Of a stretch of 64,000 bases of DNA, positions 13,572 through 32,100 are shown in pieces. The position numbers and the translations under genes were made by a program. The first letter of the stretch is position 1, and every line of letters starts with the position of its first letter. A model generated the notes under the pieces. It did not search any database. It was given only the letters and a program-made list of their open reading frames with translations, and had not been told where the DNA came from. This DNA comes from Macrostomum lignano (lineage: Eukaryota): the NCBI GenBank assembly GCA_002269645.1, contig NIVC01003075.1, positions 1 through 64,000 of the forward strand, given 5' to 3'.

Positions 13572-14160
13572 CGAGGCCAACTCCTCCTCTGGAGGAGAAA
13601 GGGGAAGAATTCCCATCACCGGAACTCCATTCCCTGAAATGCCATTCCCTGAATCCCATCATCCAACTCCTCTCCGCGAAACTGAACATCATCGAAATCT
13701 TCTCCGTAAAAGAAAACTCCATCAAACACCTCTCCGTGAAACTGACATTCATCAAAATCCCCTCCGAGAAATAGAAATCCTCTCCGTGAAACTGGACTCC
13801 ATGGAAATCCTCTCCGTGAAACTGACATTCATCAAAATCCCCTCCGAGAAACAGAAATCCTCTCCGTGAAACTGGACTCCATGGAAATCCTCTCCGTGAA
13901 ACTGACATCCATCAAAATCGTCTTCGCGAAACAGAAATTCTCTCCATTAAACTGGACTGAATCGAAATTTTCTCCGTAAAAAAGAATCAACTCTCAGGAT
14001 TTAGTGGTTAGGGTTAGGGTTAGGGTTAGGGTTAGAGCTACAACGCAGCAGCGTGTTGAACCAATTGAATTAATTGAATGCGCAACCGATTTCACAGTCA
14101 GTCAGTATCAGTCTCGGTAAAAGTTAACAAAAAGATTGCGCAAACTAAATCAACCCTCCA
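13572..14160 (-). mobile_element. 5'-truncated Helitron-like element with internal ~30/81-bp repeats and TTAGGG tract
   Basis: Hairpin CTCCTCC-TCT-GGAGGAG next to the junction (CTCG in place of CTAG); CAGTCAGTCAGTATCAGT core homology at about 14095-14115. Confidence 0.45.
14008..14031 (+). repeat. Interstitial (TTAGGG)4
   Basis: Four perfect units flanked by degenerate ones. Confidence 0.85.
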
Positions 14161-15071
14161 ATACACAGCGACTGACCCCCTTCCAATACGCAGTGGCAAT
14201 TAAAAGTTGAACCCCCCCCCTCCCACCAACTGTTGGGGGGTTGGTCGAACCCCCATTGAACTCCAAAATGAGTACACTGCCGAAAGTTAAAAGTATGGAA
14301 ATCGTTTTTTAAATGCTGTGCTTTTTGTTTTCACATTTAAAGCAAACAACTTATATCCCCGAACTCAGTATTGCAAGATCTTTCCAGTAATATAAGTCTC
14401 TCCTCTGAAAGTTTAAAACTCGAGGAACAGTTAGCGCTTGAAATTTCCTGATTTAAAGCATTAAAGTATCGAGTGTACGTTCACAGCCTGCTAAAGAGGC
14501 TCGCAAGTTTATTCATTAAATTTTACTGCCCAGCAAATACACATGGCTGCCTATTGAATGCCGCCGATAATAAAACCAATTAAATCTCGACACAGTCCTA
14601 GCTATCTCCTTACACTGTACAACTGCTATGTACACTCAGCCCAAGCCCAACCCCCTCCCATTCCGGGGGAATCGTTAAATTTAATTGAACCCCCCAACAC
14701 GCGGGGGGGGGTTATTTGCATTGAACGCGGAACACGCGCACCCACCACCCCTCAATACACAGCGGCCCGCGGGCGGAGGTTGGGGTGGCTATTTTTACAA
14801 ACTGGCTGCAGCCCCAGGCAGAGTGGCCAAAGAAGGTTATTGAGGGTTAAAAAAACAGTTTTCTGCTTTTTTAGGGATCTTAAAATGTAAAAATGAAAGA
14901 TTAAAATAGCTATAAACCCAATCCGGAAAATTTGCAGTTTTCCCATATAAGTTTCAACGCTGACTTGCCAGTAGTTTAGGAGAAAAATTGCAACACACAA
15001 ACAAACATCGCACCAGTTTTAGTATTAAGAGAACATACAAAGCTTAGAGATTTAGTATATTTAGATATAAG

Positions 15072-15260
15072 GGGGGCCGTAGCCCAGCGGTAGCGCAGCT
15101 GCTCTGGTGTGCCAGCGACCCAAGCTCAATTCCAAGTGCAGTCACATTAATTTGGGGCTGAATTGGAATCTCGGCTTGGCTCTGCTCGTGCAATTAACGG
15201 CCTTGAGAGCCAATCCCCCAAGGCACAGTGAAGTGTACATGCCTAACGATAATATAAAGT
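15072..15260 (+). mobile_element. tRNA-derived SINE-like head
   Basis: GGGGGCCGTAGCCCAGCGGTAG (A box) with a degenerate B box GCTCAATTCC; 3' extent uncertain. Confidence 0.4.
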
Positions 15261-15518
15261 TAGGGCCGCTGTACACTCCTGTGTTTGGTCACAGGTGTGT
15301 GCCTGTGCGTATGACTGCGTACGTATCCGCGCGCTTGTGTGCCTGCTCAGGGGAGTCGGCGGAATGGGCAGCAATGCCTCTCGCCGGTTGTGTGCCAATG
15401 TCGCTTAAAGTGCGCCAGGGTGCACACAACCCCCTGCCTCTAATAAAAAATAAAAAAGTACGTAATATTAAAAAGTACACGTGTACTAAATAAAAGTACA
15501 TAAAAATACTTTGGCAGT

Positions 15519-15904
15519 GGGGCATCACAAACCCGAAAAATCACAACTCCGAAAAGCGCTTTCCATCATAAGCCCGAAATATCACAAACCCGAAATGTAA
15601 TAAACTCCAAAAATCACAAACCCGAAATATCACAAACCCGAAATATCATAAACCCGAAATATCATAAACGCGCAATATCACAAACCCGAAATATCATAAA
15701 CCCGAAATATCATAAACCCGAAATATCACAATCCCGATATATCATAAACCCGAAAACAAAAGTAGCAGTACCCATCACAAACCTGAAAAATCATAAACCC
15801 GAAATATCATAACTCCGAAAGTTCTAGCAATGTCCAACACTATTTTGGTTTTCGGAGTTATGATATTTCGTGCCCATGATAGTTCGGGTTTGTGATGGCG
15901 ATCT
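15519..15904. mobile_element. Mutator-like MITE
   Basis: 10-bp TSD CTTTGGCAGT (15509-15518, 15905-15914); TIR core CATCACAAACCCGAA; internal ~19-bp subrepeats. Confidence 0.75.
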
Positions 15905-16900
15905 CTTTGGCAGTTAAGGATCAAATTTTAAAAGGAAAAAACTACATGCGTACTCAAAAATACGAGAACTGCCTATGATATTATGATGAAATATGAATCC
16001 TAATAAAAACTGACCTTTATATAATAAGTGAATCGCATTTTTCACTCCCCGCCAGACGGCCGAACGACGAACTGCCAATTTCCTTCCAGACTTCCACCGC
16101 CCCTATTCGGCGGTCAATCTATTCGTCTACTCCCTCTCTTAAAGCGTTTTATTATATAGCATGACCCTCTCCGTTCGATCTCTCAGCTCAATAGAAAGTG
16201 AAATTTCCTCAAACGTGAGCTTCTTACATCCGCTGGTTTGCCTGCATTTCGCGGGCATTTTTTCATATTTGCTTTCACCCAGCGGCCAGGCTTTAGGGAG
16301 GATTTTCTCTTTCGCTTTTTTTTCTCTTTTTCTTCTTCTTTCGGAAGGAGCATCGACCCTTCAAGACACTGAATATTTGAAGTAAAGCTGTGTGTGATTA
16401 AAAGGCAAGCAGTCACTTGTGGGTAGAGAAAGTTGAAGAAGCTAGAAAAATAACCACTACGACGACAATGTTCGTTCTTCACTATAATTATTTTAAAGAG
16501 TGGCTGCTCTTCCGATTCTTATCGATTTTTTTGCGTCGAGAAAAAACTATACTGAAGCCTCAATACCGATAGCAATTCCCCAAAGTTGAGACTCAAAATC
16601 GAAGCTCAAGCCTGGGGATTAAGTAAGAGTGTAGCTTTTCTGAATCGCGAGATTTTATGCCTTGCGCCTTGGGATACATAAATTTCAGGCTAAAATCGTA
16701 TTCTACTTTAGTGTTAGCTTTCTCTGGCGATTCTGGTTTGAGTTATGATAAAATTTTGTTTAAATTTATTCATCCACACATTCAAGCTTTTATGTTCTCT
16801 GGCCTTTTCAAGTTATCCTTTAGAGTCGATCGCTTTCAGAGGCTCGAAATTTAGCATTTTTTTTGTTCAATTTGCATTGTAGACAATTTTTGCTAGTCAC

Positions 16901-17036
16901 ATTGCTATAGCTCAAATCCCATTGCTATAGCTCAAATCTCATTGCTAAAGCTCAAATCTCATTGCTATAGCTCAAATCTCATTGCTATAGCTCAAATCTC
17001 ATTGCTAAAGCTCAAATCTCATTGCTATAGCTCAAA
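16901..17036. repeat. 20-bp minisatellite (ATTGCTATAGCTCAAATCTC)n
   Basis: About 6-7 copies. Confidence 0.92.
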
Positions 17037-17059
17037 ATGTTATTGATATTGACGACAAA

Positions 17060-17342
17060 GATCTTCAGGCTTCCATGTGAAGTCTCAAACACATCTACAG
17101 ATCTTCAAGCTTCAATGTGAAGTCTCAAACACATCTACAGATCTTCAGGCTTCAATGTGAAGCCACAAACACATCTACAGATCTTCAAGCTTCAATGTGA
17201 AGTCTCAAACACATCTACAGATCTTCAGGCTTCAATGTGAAGCCACAAACACATCTACAGATCTTCAGGCTTCAATGTGAAGTCTCAAACACATCTACAG
17301 ATCTTCAGGCTTCAATGTGAAGTCTCAAACACATCTACAGAT
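17060..17342. repeat. 40-bp minisatellite (ATCTTCAGGCTTCAATGTGAAGTCTCAAACACATCTACAG)n
   Basis: About 7 copies. Confidence 0.93.
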
Positions 17343-17677
17343 GTGCACCTTTTAGACAATTTTTAAGCATTTAAATTTGTCAATATAGTCAATACCAAGC
17401 ACAGAATTACATCTGCCATTGAGTGTAATACGAGGAACAAAAGTGGCAGACTTGTAAAGCTTCTATGCAGAGAGGAAACAATAGATGAGATGTACTTTTG
17501 TTACCTTTTCAATACAACTTTTTGTCTTTTAAGCCTGTCGCAGACTTTTGTTCTTTTTTATTGAGTGAAAAATGAAATTTCAAAAGTCACAGTTAGAGTT
17601 AAAACGTTTTAAACGCGTGACAATAACAAATTACATGCGTTAGTTCATCCATGCATTGAAAAATACAATGGCAGTAT

Positions 17678-18103
17678 GACTGCCACATATTGACTGTCAG
17701 ATAAATCACTGCCGACAATTTAGACTTATAATTGAGGAATTATAGTTAGGGTTAGGTTTATGTTTTAGGAATTATGGTTAAGTTTAGGTTTTAGGGATTA
17801 TGGTTTAGGTTAGGGTTAGGTTTTAGGAATATGGTTTAGGTTAGGGTTAGGTTTTAGGGAATATGGTTTAGGTTTTAGTTAGGTTTTAGGGATTATGGTT
17901 TAGGTTAAGGTTAGGTTTTAGGGATTATATATGGTTTAGGTTAAGGTTAGGTTTTAGGGAATACGGTTTAGGTTAAGGTTGGGTTTTAGGGAATACGGTT
18001 TAGGTTAGGGTTAGGTTTTTGGAATTACAATTTAGTTTAGGGTTGGAGTTAATGAATTATGATTTAGGTTAGGGTTGGAGTTGACAGTCAATTTGTGGCA
18101 GTC
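17678..18103. mobile_element. MITE-like element with degenerate TTAGG(G) filling
   Basis: Inverted repeats GACTGCCACATATTGACTGTCA / TGACAGTCAATTTGTGGCAGTC (21/22 match). Confidence 0.55.
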
Positions 18104-18869
18104 TTTATCTTCTTGGATTGGTATTTATTTTTCCTAAGGGTAAACAAACAACTCAGTAAAGTAATGTTTACACTTTCCTATGCAATTAGTGACAGTTCCT
18201 CTTATCTGTTGCAGCCACGTCCTTGGAAGATATCTAGATAGAAAAATAAATTTTCCTGGTAAATAATGGTATCGCTTCCTTCAATAGATCTCCCTTCGAC
18301 CAGTTGAATTGATTTAATTTAGATGGGATTGCAGCGAATTAAGATTTCACCGATGAATAGAAAGTCAGTTAAAAATTGCTTTTTTGAAATAAAGTGAGAA
18401 TCTCGGCTTTAAGCGTTGGCAAACTATATGTTAGCCCCAACCATTAATGCAAGTATGCAGGCCACGGTAAAAGTACACATATTAGTAATAATCTAGTAGC
18501 GAGAAATATTACTGATAAAATCCTGACTCTAGATTATATTGTGAATAAAACAGCGATTCATAAAAGTACAACGCCGAGTAAGCCGAGTTCAATTTGCCTG
18601 ATTGCTTCTGGGATCCCAGCCAAAATTATCCGAGCAAGCAGATGTAAAAAGCGAAAAGCAGATTTAAAATTATATCTGCTTTAATAAGCACTCAGTGTCC
18701 GAGAAAGCTTGATTCAATTAGGTCCTACTAGTCTGGTAATTAAAATTCACAATTCCCAATGTCTGCAAACCTGACGCTAAGCTTTAGCAACATGCTCAAA
18801 TATTCGAAATACAGATTTTATTAATTAACTAGAACACCAACTCTTTTACACGCAAAAATTTTAGGGTTC

Positions 18870-19645
18870 AGGCTTAAGCTATCCAACTTATCTACAGACA
18901 GGATCTTCAGGCCTCGGGTTTAAGCCACCAACTTATCTACAGACAGGATCTTCAGGCCTCGGGTTTAAGCCACCAACTTATCTACAGACAGGATCTTCAG
19001 ACCTCGGATTTAAGCCACCAACTCATCTACAGACAGGATCTTCAGACCTCGGGTTTAAGCCCCCAACTCATCTACAGACAGGATCTTCAGGCCTCGGGTT
19101 TAAGCCACCAACTTATCTACAGACAGGATCTTCAGGCCTCGGGTTTAAGCCACCAACTTATCTACAGACAGGATCTTCAGACCTCGGATTTAAGCCACCA
19201 ACTTATCTACAGACAGGATCTTCAGGCCTCGGGTTTAAGCCACCAACTTATCTACAGACAGGATCTTCAGGCCTCGGGTTTAAGCCACCAACTTATCTAC
19301 AGACAGGATCTTCAGACCTCGGATTTAAGCCACCAACTTATCTACAGACAGGATCTTCAGGCCTCGGGTTTAAGCCACCAACTTATCTACAGACAGGATC
19401 TTCAGGCCTCGGGTTTAAGCCACCAACTTATCTACAGACAGGATCTTCAGACCTCGGATTTAAGCCACCAACTCATCTACAGACAGGATCTTCAGACCTC
19501 GGGTTTAAGCCACCAACTCATCTACAGACAGGATCTTCAGACCTCGGGTTTAAGCCACCAACTCATCTACAGACAGGATCTTCAGGCCTCGGGTTTAAGC
19601 CACCAACTTATCTACAGACAGGATCTTCAGACCTCGGGTTTAGGT
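18870..19645. repeat. 45-bp minisatellite (GGATCTTCAGGCCTCGGGTTTAAGCCACCAACTTATCTACAGACA)n
   Basis: About 17 copies. Confidence 0.95.
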
Positions 19646-21044
19646 CAGCAACTATATTCGAGTCTCAAGGCTAGGTTAATTAATACCCTTGCAATGGAAG
19701 TATTCAGGTTAATCATGTTAGCAAACTTGCCCGTCACTGATGCAGCTAATCTGCTTTCTGTGTCTATCTTTTGTGCATCCACGTGTTTTCCTCTTAAGAA
19801 AGCGCAAGTTTCTGCTCCAGTAGGGAGACAGTATGGATGCATGCGATATACGCGTTGTTAACAGAAAAATGATTACACTCGCGGTACTGTATTAAAGCGT
19901 TTGCGCGCACAAGACGAAAACGAACTGGCCTAATAATTGTAATACGAATAATAACTACTTATAGGCTAGGAGAGAACAGACCCGGCAGTCTTGTTTCGCT
20001 CTGCTTCCTTATTATCTCAATCTCTCTATCATCATCTCTACAGATGGGGGGGGGCAAGCATGGCGCATTACTATATACTTGAGTCAACTTGTAAAAAAAT
20101 CGATAACAAAGTTAATTGTATTTTATTCAATCTAGATAAGTTGTATCGTCAAAACAAACCAAACCGTAGTTAGGATCAGTTTAGTAAAAGATGACACAGT
20201 GATTTGTGTGTCGTTTGTCGCGCTACGAGTAGTTGAAGCGCCGAAGCGGTCTGGGTTTTCAGGCCTCCTTGACTAATCTGTCAGGTCCCCCCTCTCTCTC
20301 TCTCTCCAACAACAAGGACGCGAGTTGCCCCGGGCCGCTATAACCCCCCCTCCCCTCCCCTATTCCTGTAGCCTGAGCAGAGAAGTCAGCAAGGAGAATG
20401 AGAGGTTTCCAATCAGCAGTGTATCTCTCTATAGGAGCAGCTGCTGCAGCGCTGGGTGCGTGTGTGCGAGAAGATAAAAAATTAGAAGTAGCAACCAGTA
20501 TGAGACGGGGACCGGGATAGCTAGTGTATAGTGTTGCTCACGAGGCTTGAGCTCGAGGCTACGGGGAGATCTAAGGCGCCTATAGATTGAGCACAGAGCT
20601 TAGCTACTTAATAATAATAAGATTCTCAGAAAATTAGATTTCCGCTATTTAGGTATATTGCTGCACCGACATTGGTGAGGGAAAGCGACGGTCCTGACAA
20701 GGTTTTTTGAAGTGTGGCTCGACTTGATGAAGAGATGGAAGATGAGGAACGGGGAGTTGAGAAGAGAGACAAGGTTGAAGAAAGAGAGAAGAGACCCGAG
20801 CGAGGGAAGAAACTAAGTGTTGTCTAAGAAGGCAAAAGACAATTAATGCAACATAAGAGTCGAAAACAATGATAAAGACAGATGATAAAACTACAAGACT
20901 GACAGCCTGCAACACTATTTGACAATTTAGTACACTATATGAAATTGCTATTTTTCACAGCTCATTCAGTCAATGAATAGATTGAGCACATTATTAACAC
21001 TTACTGTCATATTAACTAAGCAGTCAGTCAGTTTATTGACCAAA

Positions 21045-21800
21045 CTGATTGAGCACATTGATTGAGCACACTTAGTTGAGCACAGTAAGTGAGTACAATG
21101 ATTGAGCACACTAGTTGAGCACAGTAAGTGAATAAAATGATTGAGCACACTAGTTGAGCACACTACTTGAGCACACTGTTTCAGCACACTAATTGAGCAC
21201 ACTGATTGAGCACGCAAATTGAGCACACTGATTGAGCACACTGATTGAGCACACTGATTGAGCACACTGATTAAGTACAATGATTGAGCACACTGATTGA
21301 GCTAGCACACTGATTGAGCACACTGATTGAGCACACTAACTGAGCACACTGATTGAGCACGCTAATTGAGCACACTGATTGAGCACACTAACTGAGCACA
21401 CTGATTGAGCACGCAAATTGAGCACACTGATTGAGCACACTGATTGAGCACACTGATTGAGCACACTGATTAAGTACAATGATTGAGCACACTGATTGAG
21501 CTAGCACACTGATTGAGCACACTGATTGAGCACACTAACTGAGCACACTGATTGAGCACGCTAATTGAGCACACTGATTGAGCACACTAACTGAGCACAC
21601 TGATTGAGCACGCTAATTGAGCACACTGATTGAGCACACTGATTGAGCACACTGATTGAGCACACTGATTGAGCACGCTAATTGAGCACACTGATTGAGC
21701 ACACTAACTGAGCACACTGATTGAGCACACTAACTGAGCACACTGATTGAGCACACTTACTGAGCACACTGATTGAGCAGGCTAATTGAGCACACTAATT
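21045..21800. repeat. 13-bp minisatellite (TGATTGAGCACAC)n, start of tomosyn intron 8
   Basis: Direct reading. Confidence 0.95.
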
Positions 21801-21817
21801 TAGTACAGGACCCTTAC

Positions 21818-28609
<6,792 letters not shown>

Positions 28610-28621
28610 GGCCAGCACAAA

Positions 28622-28996
28622 CTTAAGTAAGCATAAAGAAAGAATATAAAAATATCACATTGAAAATGATTAATGATATGTTGCTTAAGTAGGGGAGAAC
28701 ACTGAAAGATTTTCTTTCTATATTTTTTAAATCCTACCTATTGTTCGCAATTTAAATTAGCAAAGTGACGCGATACAGCTTAAGTAAACAAATTACTTTA
28801 ACTGTATTCGTATTTATTTGGTAAAATTCTAAAGCTAAGTGACTTAAAAAGTAACAAAAGAAAATACTTTATAAATCCTATGTAAAAAAGTTAACATATG
28901 AAAGACAAAGGTAATGCAAGTTCTTTAGCGTTTAGTTAAATGATCGACTTTCCAAGAACTTATCAAGCGAGTTCTGTTTTGCTTTTCATTTTTCAG
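28622..28996. promoter_or_regulatory. Bidirectional promoter region tomosyn/PXK with candidate 5'UTR introns
   Basis: ATGs at 28609(-) and 29068(+) are 458 bp apart. Candidate UTR introns: 28737-28622(-) (AG|GTAGGA...TTAAG) and 28911-28996(+) (AAG|GTAATG...TTTTCAG). Confidence 0.6.
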
Positions 28997-29067
28997 TTAT
29001 AAAGTTATAAATAGCATATAAAAAGGGTTTAAAAAATACTCTTCTGTACGTATGTTATATATCTACT

Positions 29068-29163
29068 ATGGCCCTTTTTAGTGCATCGGAGTCCAAGATT
29101 TTGGATGACTACTATAAGCTTACTGTTTCAATAGAAGGTAGCCAAGATCTAAAGGAATATGTG
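29068..29163 (+). CDS. PXK: PXK coding exon 1
   Basis: MALFSASESKILDDYYKLTVSIEGSQDLKEYV; donor GTAAGT; resembles the PXK N-terminus (LLDD..PLT..IE.SQ). Confidence 0.85.
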
Positions 29164-32100
29164 GTAAGTATTGTCTTAGGAAGTTAGGTGGGACTCGGGA
29201 GCAGAAACTGTTTATAAACAGTTGCTTGAAACTGCCTTTTAAGTATATTTTGAGGTATCAGTTTTAAATTTATACCAATGTTATAAAGTAGGGCCTATAT
29301 CACACCTAGGGACCTAGTATTTGCTATTTGGTTAAGATTTTCAGTGTTTTAATTAATGATTTAAAAAAGGTAGCTATATGCTAAAATATGGAGACTAAAA
29401 TTAAACTAAAATATAACAATTATTTTAATTAAAATATAATTAATATTTATTAGTATATTAATTATTATATATTGCAATATATAATAATTGATAAATATAT
29501 AACTGATATAACTGTTTAGCATAGGTTAATTTTTATTATTTAGTGAAATGTAATATTAAATTTATTTGAAAAGGAGTATGAGTATAAGTAAACAATGATT
29601 TATAGGGTCATTCAGATAAATCTGGAACAACTTTAAATGATTCTAAGAAATTAACTATAGGACCTGCAATTAGTTTCTTGTTAATCTGCATCATATGCTG
29701 CATATTTTATTCAATATGGCTGCTTCTAGCTGCCACCACATGCTCAACTCAGCGCCTAAAAGCTTGGACAGCCCGTGCTACCTCTGCAAAATCTAGGGCA
29801 GCCATTTGCTGCCTAATGGCAGCCTTCAGCTGGTCTACGTTGCTATGGAAGGTGGCACAGGCTGGGTTTAGGTCTAGGCTGTTCGGCATCCACACACAGC
29901 TCAGCCAAAAATGTGGCACATTTGCAGCCAACCACTGCTTGATAAGCCTTAACTTGTAGACTAGCATAGAGTCCTGCTAGAAGATGTTTGGCCACTTAGC
30001 AGCTGCCTTGTCCATCCACTGCTTCACTTTTGCCTCTAGGATGCGCTGGTATACCTCCTTGGTCATGGTCTCCCCTTGGCCAAAGAAGTGTAGCGGCATC
30101 ACGTGACTGTTGCTAGAGATAATGGCCAAGACCATGACAGACACTGGCTTCTTGCTCCAGCAGTTAGCTGGCACTTCAGCTATGTCCTAGTAGACCCACC
30201 TATCATTCTAAGAGTTGCACAAGCAGTTGATTATAAAAATTTTTTTGTCTGAGAAGAAGCAAAGGGGGCCACCCATTGACTTGAAAGAAGAAATGAGCTG
30301 GTGGCATTTGTCAACTCGGCCACCTTCTCATACATGCGCAACAGTCGGCCGAGTCGGCCGATCTGGCCAACCGATTTGGCAGCCAACCAAGGATGTCGCA
30401 AAAATGCCCACCCAAAAATACCAAAGTAGTAGTACTAAGTAGCTGACGAGGCATTTTGACTTAATAAGACAGTTATAGTTACTCCTGCCGTTTACCCACA
30501 GTTGCATTAATTTTGCGTTAGGGTTTTTTTTACATGTAAGTCGCATTTTTGGCCAAAAACTACGTCGCATTTTTGTTAAAACTAAGTCGCATGGCCGACC
30601 GAATTTTGGAGGTTGCGCATGTATGCACCTTCTGCTGCACCATCAGCAGCTGCGGGATCTTCAGCAAGAAGCTGCGGCATCCTAGGTCTCAATTGACAGC
30701 TTGCGAGATCATTGGCTGACTGACTGTCTACTTCTTGGCCAGCTCAGACATGGCTGGCCTGGTGCTGCCTGAATTGACCATTTCAGTCTAACCAGGGAGC
30801 AAGATGTCCAAATTTGATCCTGACAAGCAGTGTGCAGCTTTCTTTCGGGACTGCCAATTGACTTGAAGCAATGAACAATGTCATAAATGATGCTTTTGGG
30901 ATAACCAAGGAGCTTTGAAATTTGAAAAGGAGTGTGTCCCATGTGGAACAAATCAATAATCAATTTTTGGCAATCAATTTCCATGAATAGGAAGCAGGAG
31001 TAATAACAAGCTGGAATGCAGAAGAAGGCAGGGATGCAGGGCTACAATTCCCTGTAGTGGTGAGGACGTGAAACTCAATTTAAATTTCTGGCAGGTGAAA
31101 CAAATTGTTCTAGATTTATTTAAACAACCCTGTATATTTAACACCTATAGGTAGGTCCTTATAATATACATTATCTGCTTACCCAAATATCCTAAACTTT
31201 TAAACACCTGTTCTTTATGAAATTTTGTAGGACATTTTATAGATAAAAAACAGAAGACATTTTGCAATATATATTATTTAACAAGTTTTACTTTAACTAG
31301 TATTAATTAGTTAACAGGTTATTTTGTTGCTTAAAAGTTAATTTTTATAGGCCCTATATATAATTTTTTAACTAATTGACTAATTCTTATTATTGACTTT
31401 AGTTTGATTTTCTTTTTTGCTACTAAATTTTTTCTTGTTTAAATTAACAATAATACTCCTTATTATAACTAATATATATCATATACTAAGCAATTGTTTT
31501 ATAAAATAAAAATATTAGGTTATTTAGTGTTCCAAATGTGTTAGATGGCATTGTGGCATTGATATAAAAAAGGAAAGGGGTTTGGTTATACTTTGGATAA
31601 AATTAAATGTTTTATTCCATATTGCAGCCAATGGCAATTTTTAGATAGTGTTTAATATAGATTAGTTTAGCAATAACATAATACATAGAGGCCTATATAT
31701 TAAGGAGGTGCAATGCATATGTAGGGAGTAGCAAGGGATAGATATCTAGCATAGAAAAAGAGGGCATGTGATAAGAGATATGAAAAGTTATTTTCTAAAA
31801 ATCACTATTTTTATGGCTTTAAAATAAATCAACAAAAAGTGCAAATTAGTTTGATTTTACATTTTTTAAACTTTAAATTAACTTTTTTATCTAATTGTCA
31901 GGAATTGCACAAAGAATTGTTGCTTGTTTGTTGTTTTATAGTATGTAGAATTAGACTTTTAAAAAACTATTTATGGTGTGTGTCAGAAAGTTCTAGGACT
32001 GGGCTCACAGAAACTTCATTAGCAAAAATCGATTAGAATCAAATCTGGCTCCTTCAAAGTACTCCCCTGAGCCAAATGCACTTGTCCATTCTTCTGCTCT

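Noticed and set aside
14001-14036. True telomere or chromosome-fusion site
   Set aside because: Only four perfect units, a single orientation, and embedded in a repeat element.
20649-20845. Alternative terminal exon for tomosyn (phase-compatible acceptor at about 20830)
   Set aside because: The peptide QHLVSSLARV... has no tomosyn similarity and nothing else supports it; cannot be excluded without RNA data.
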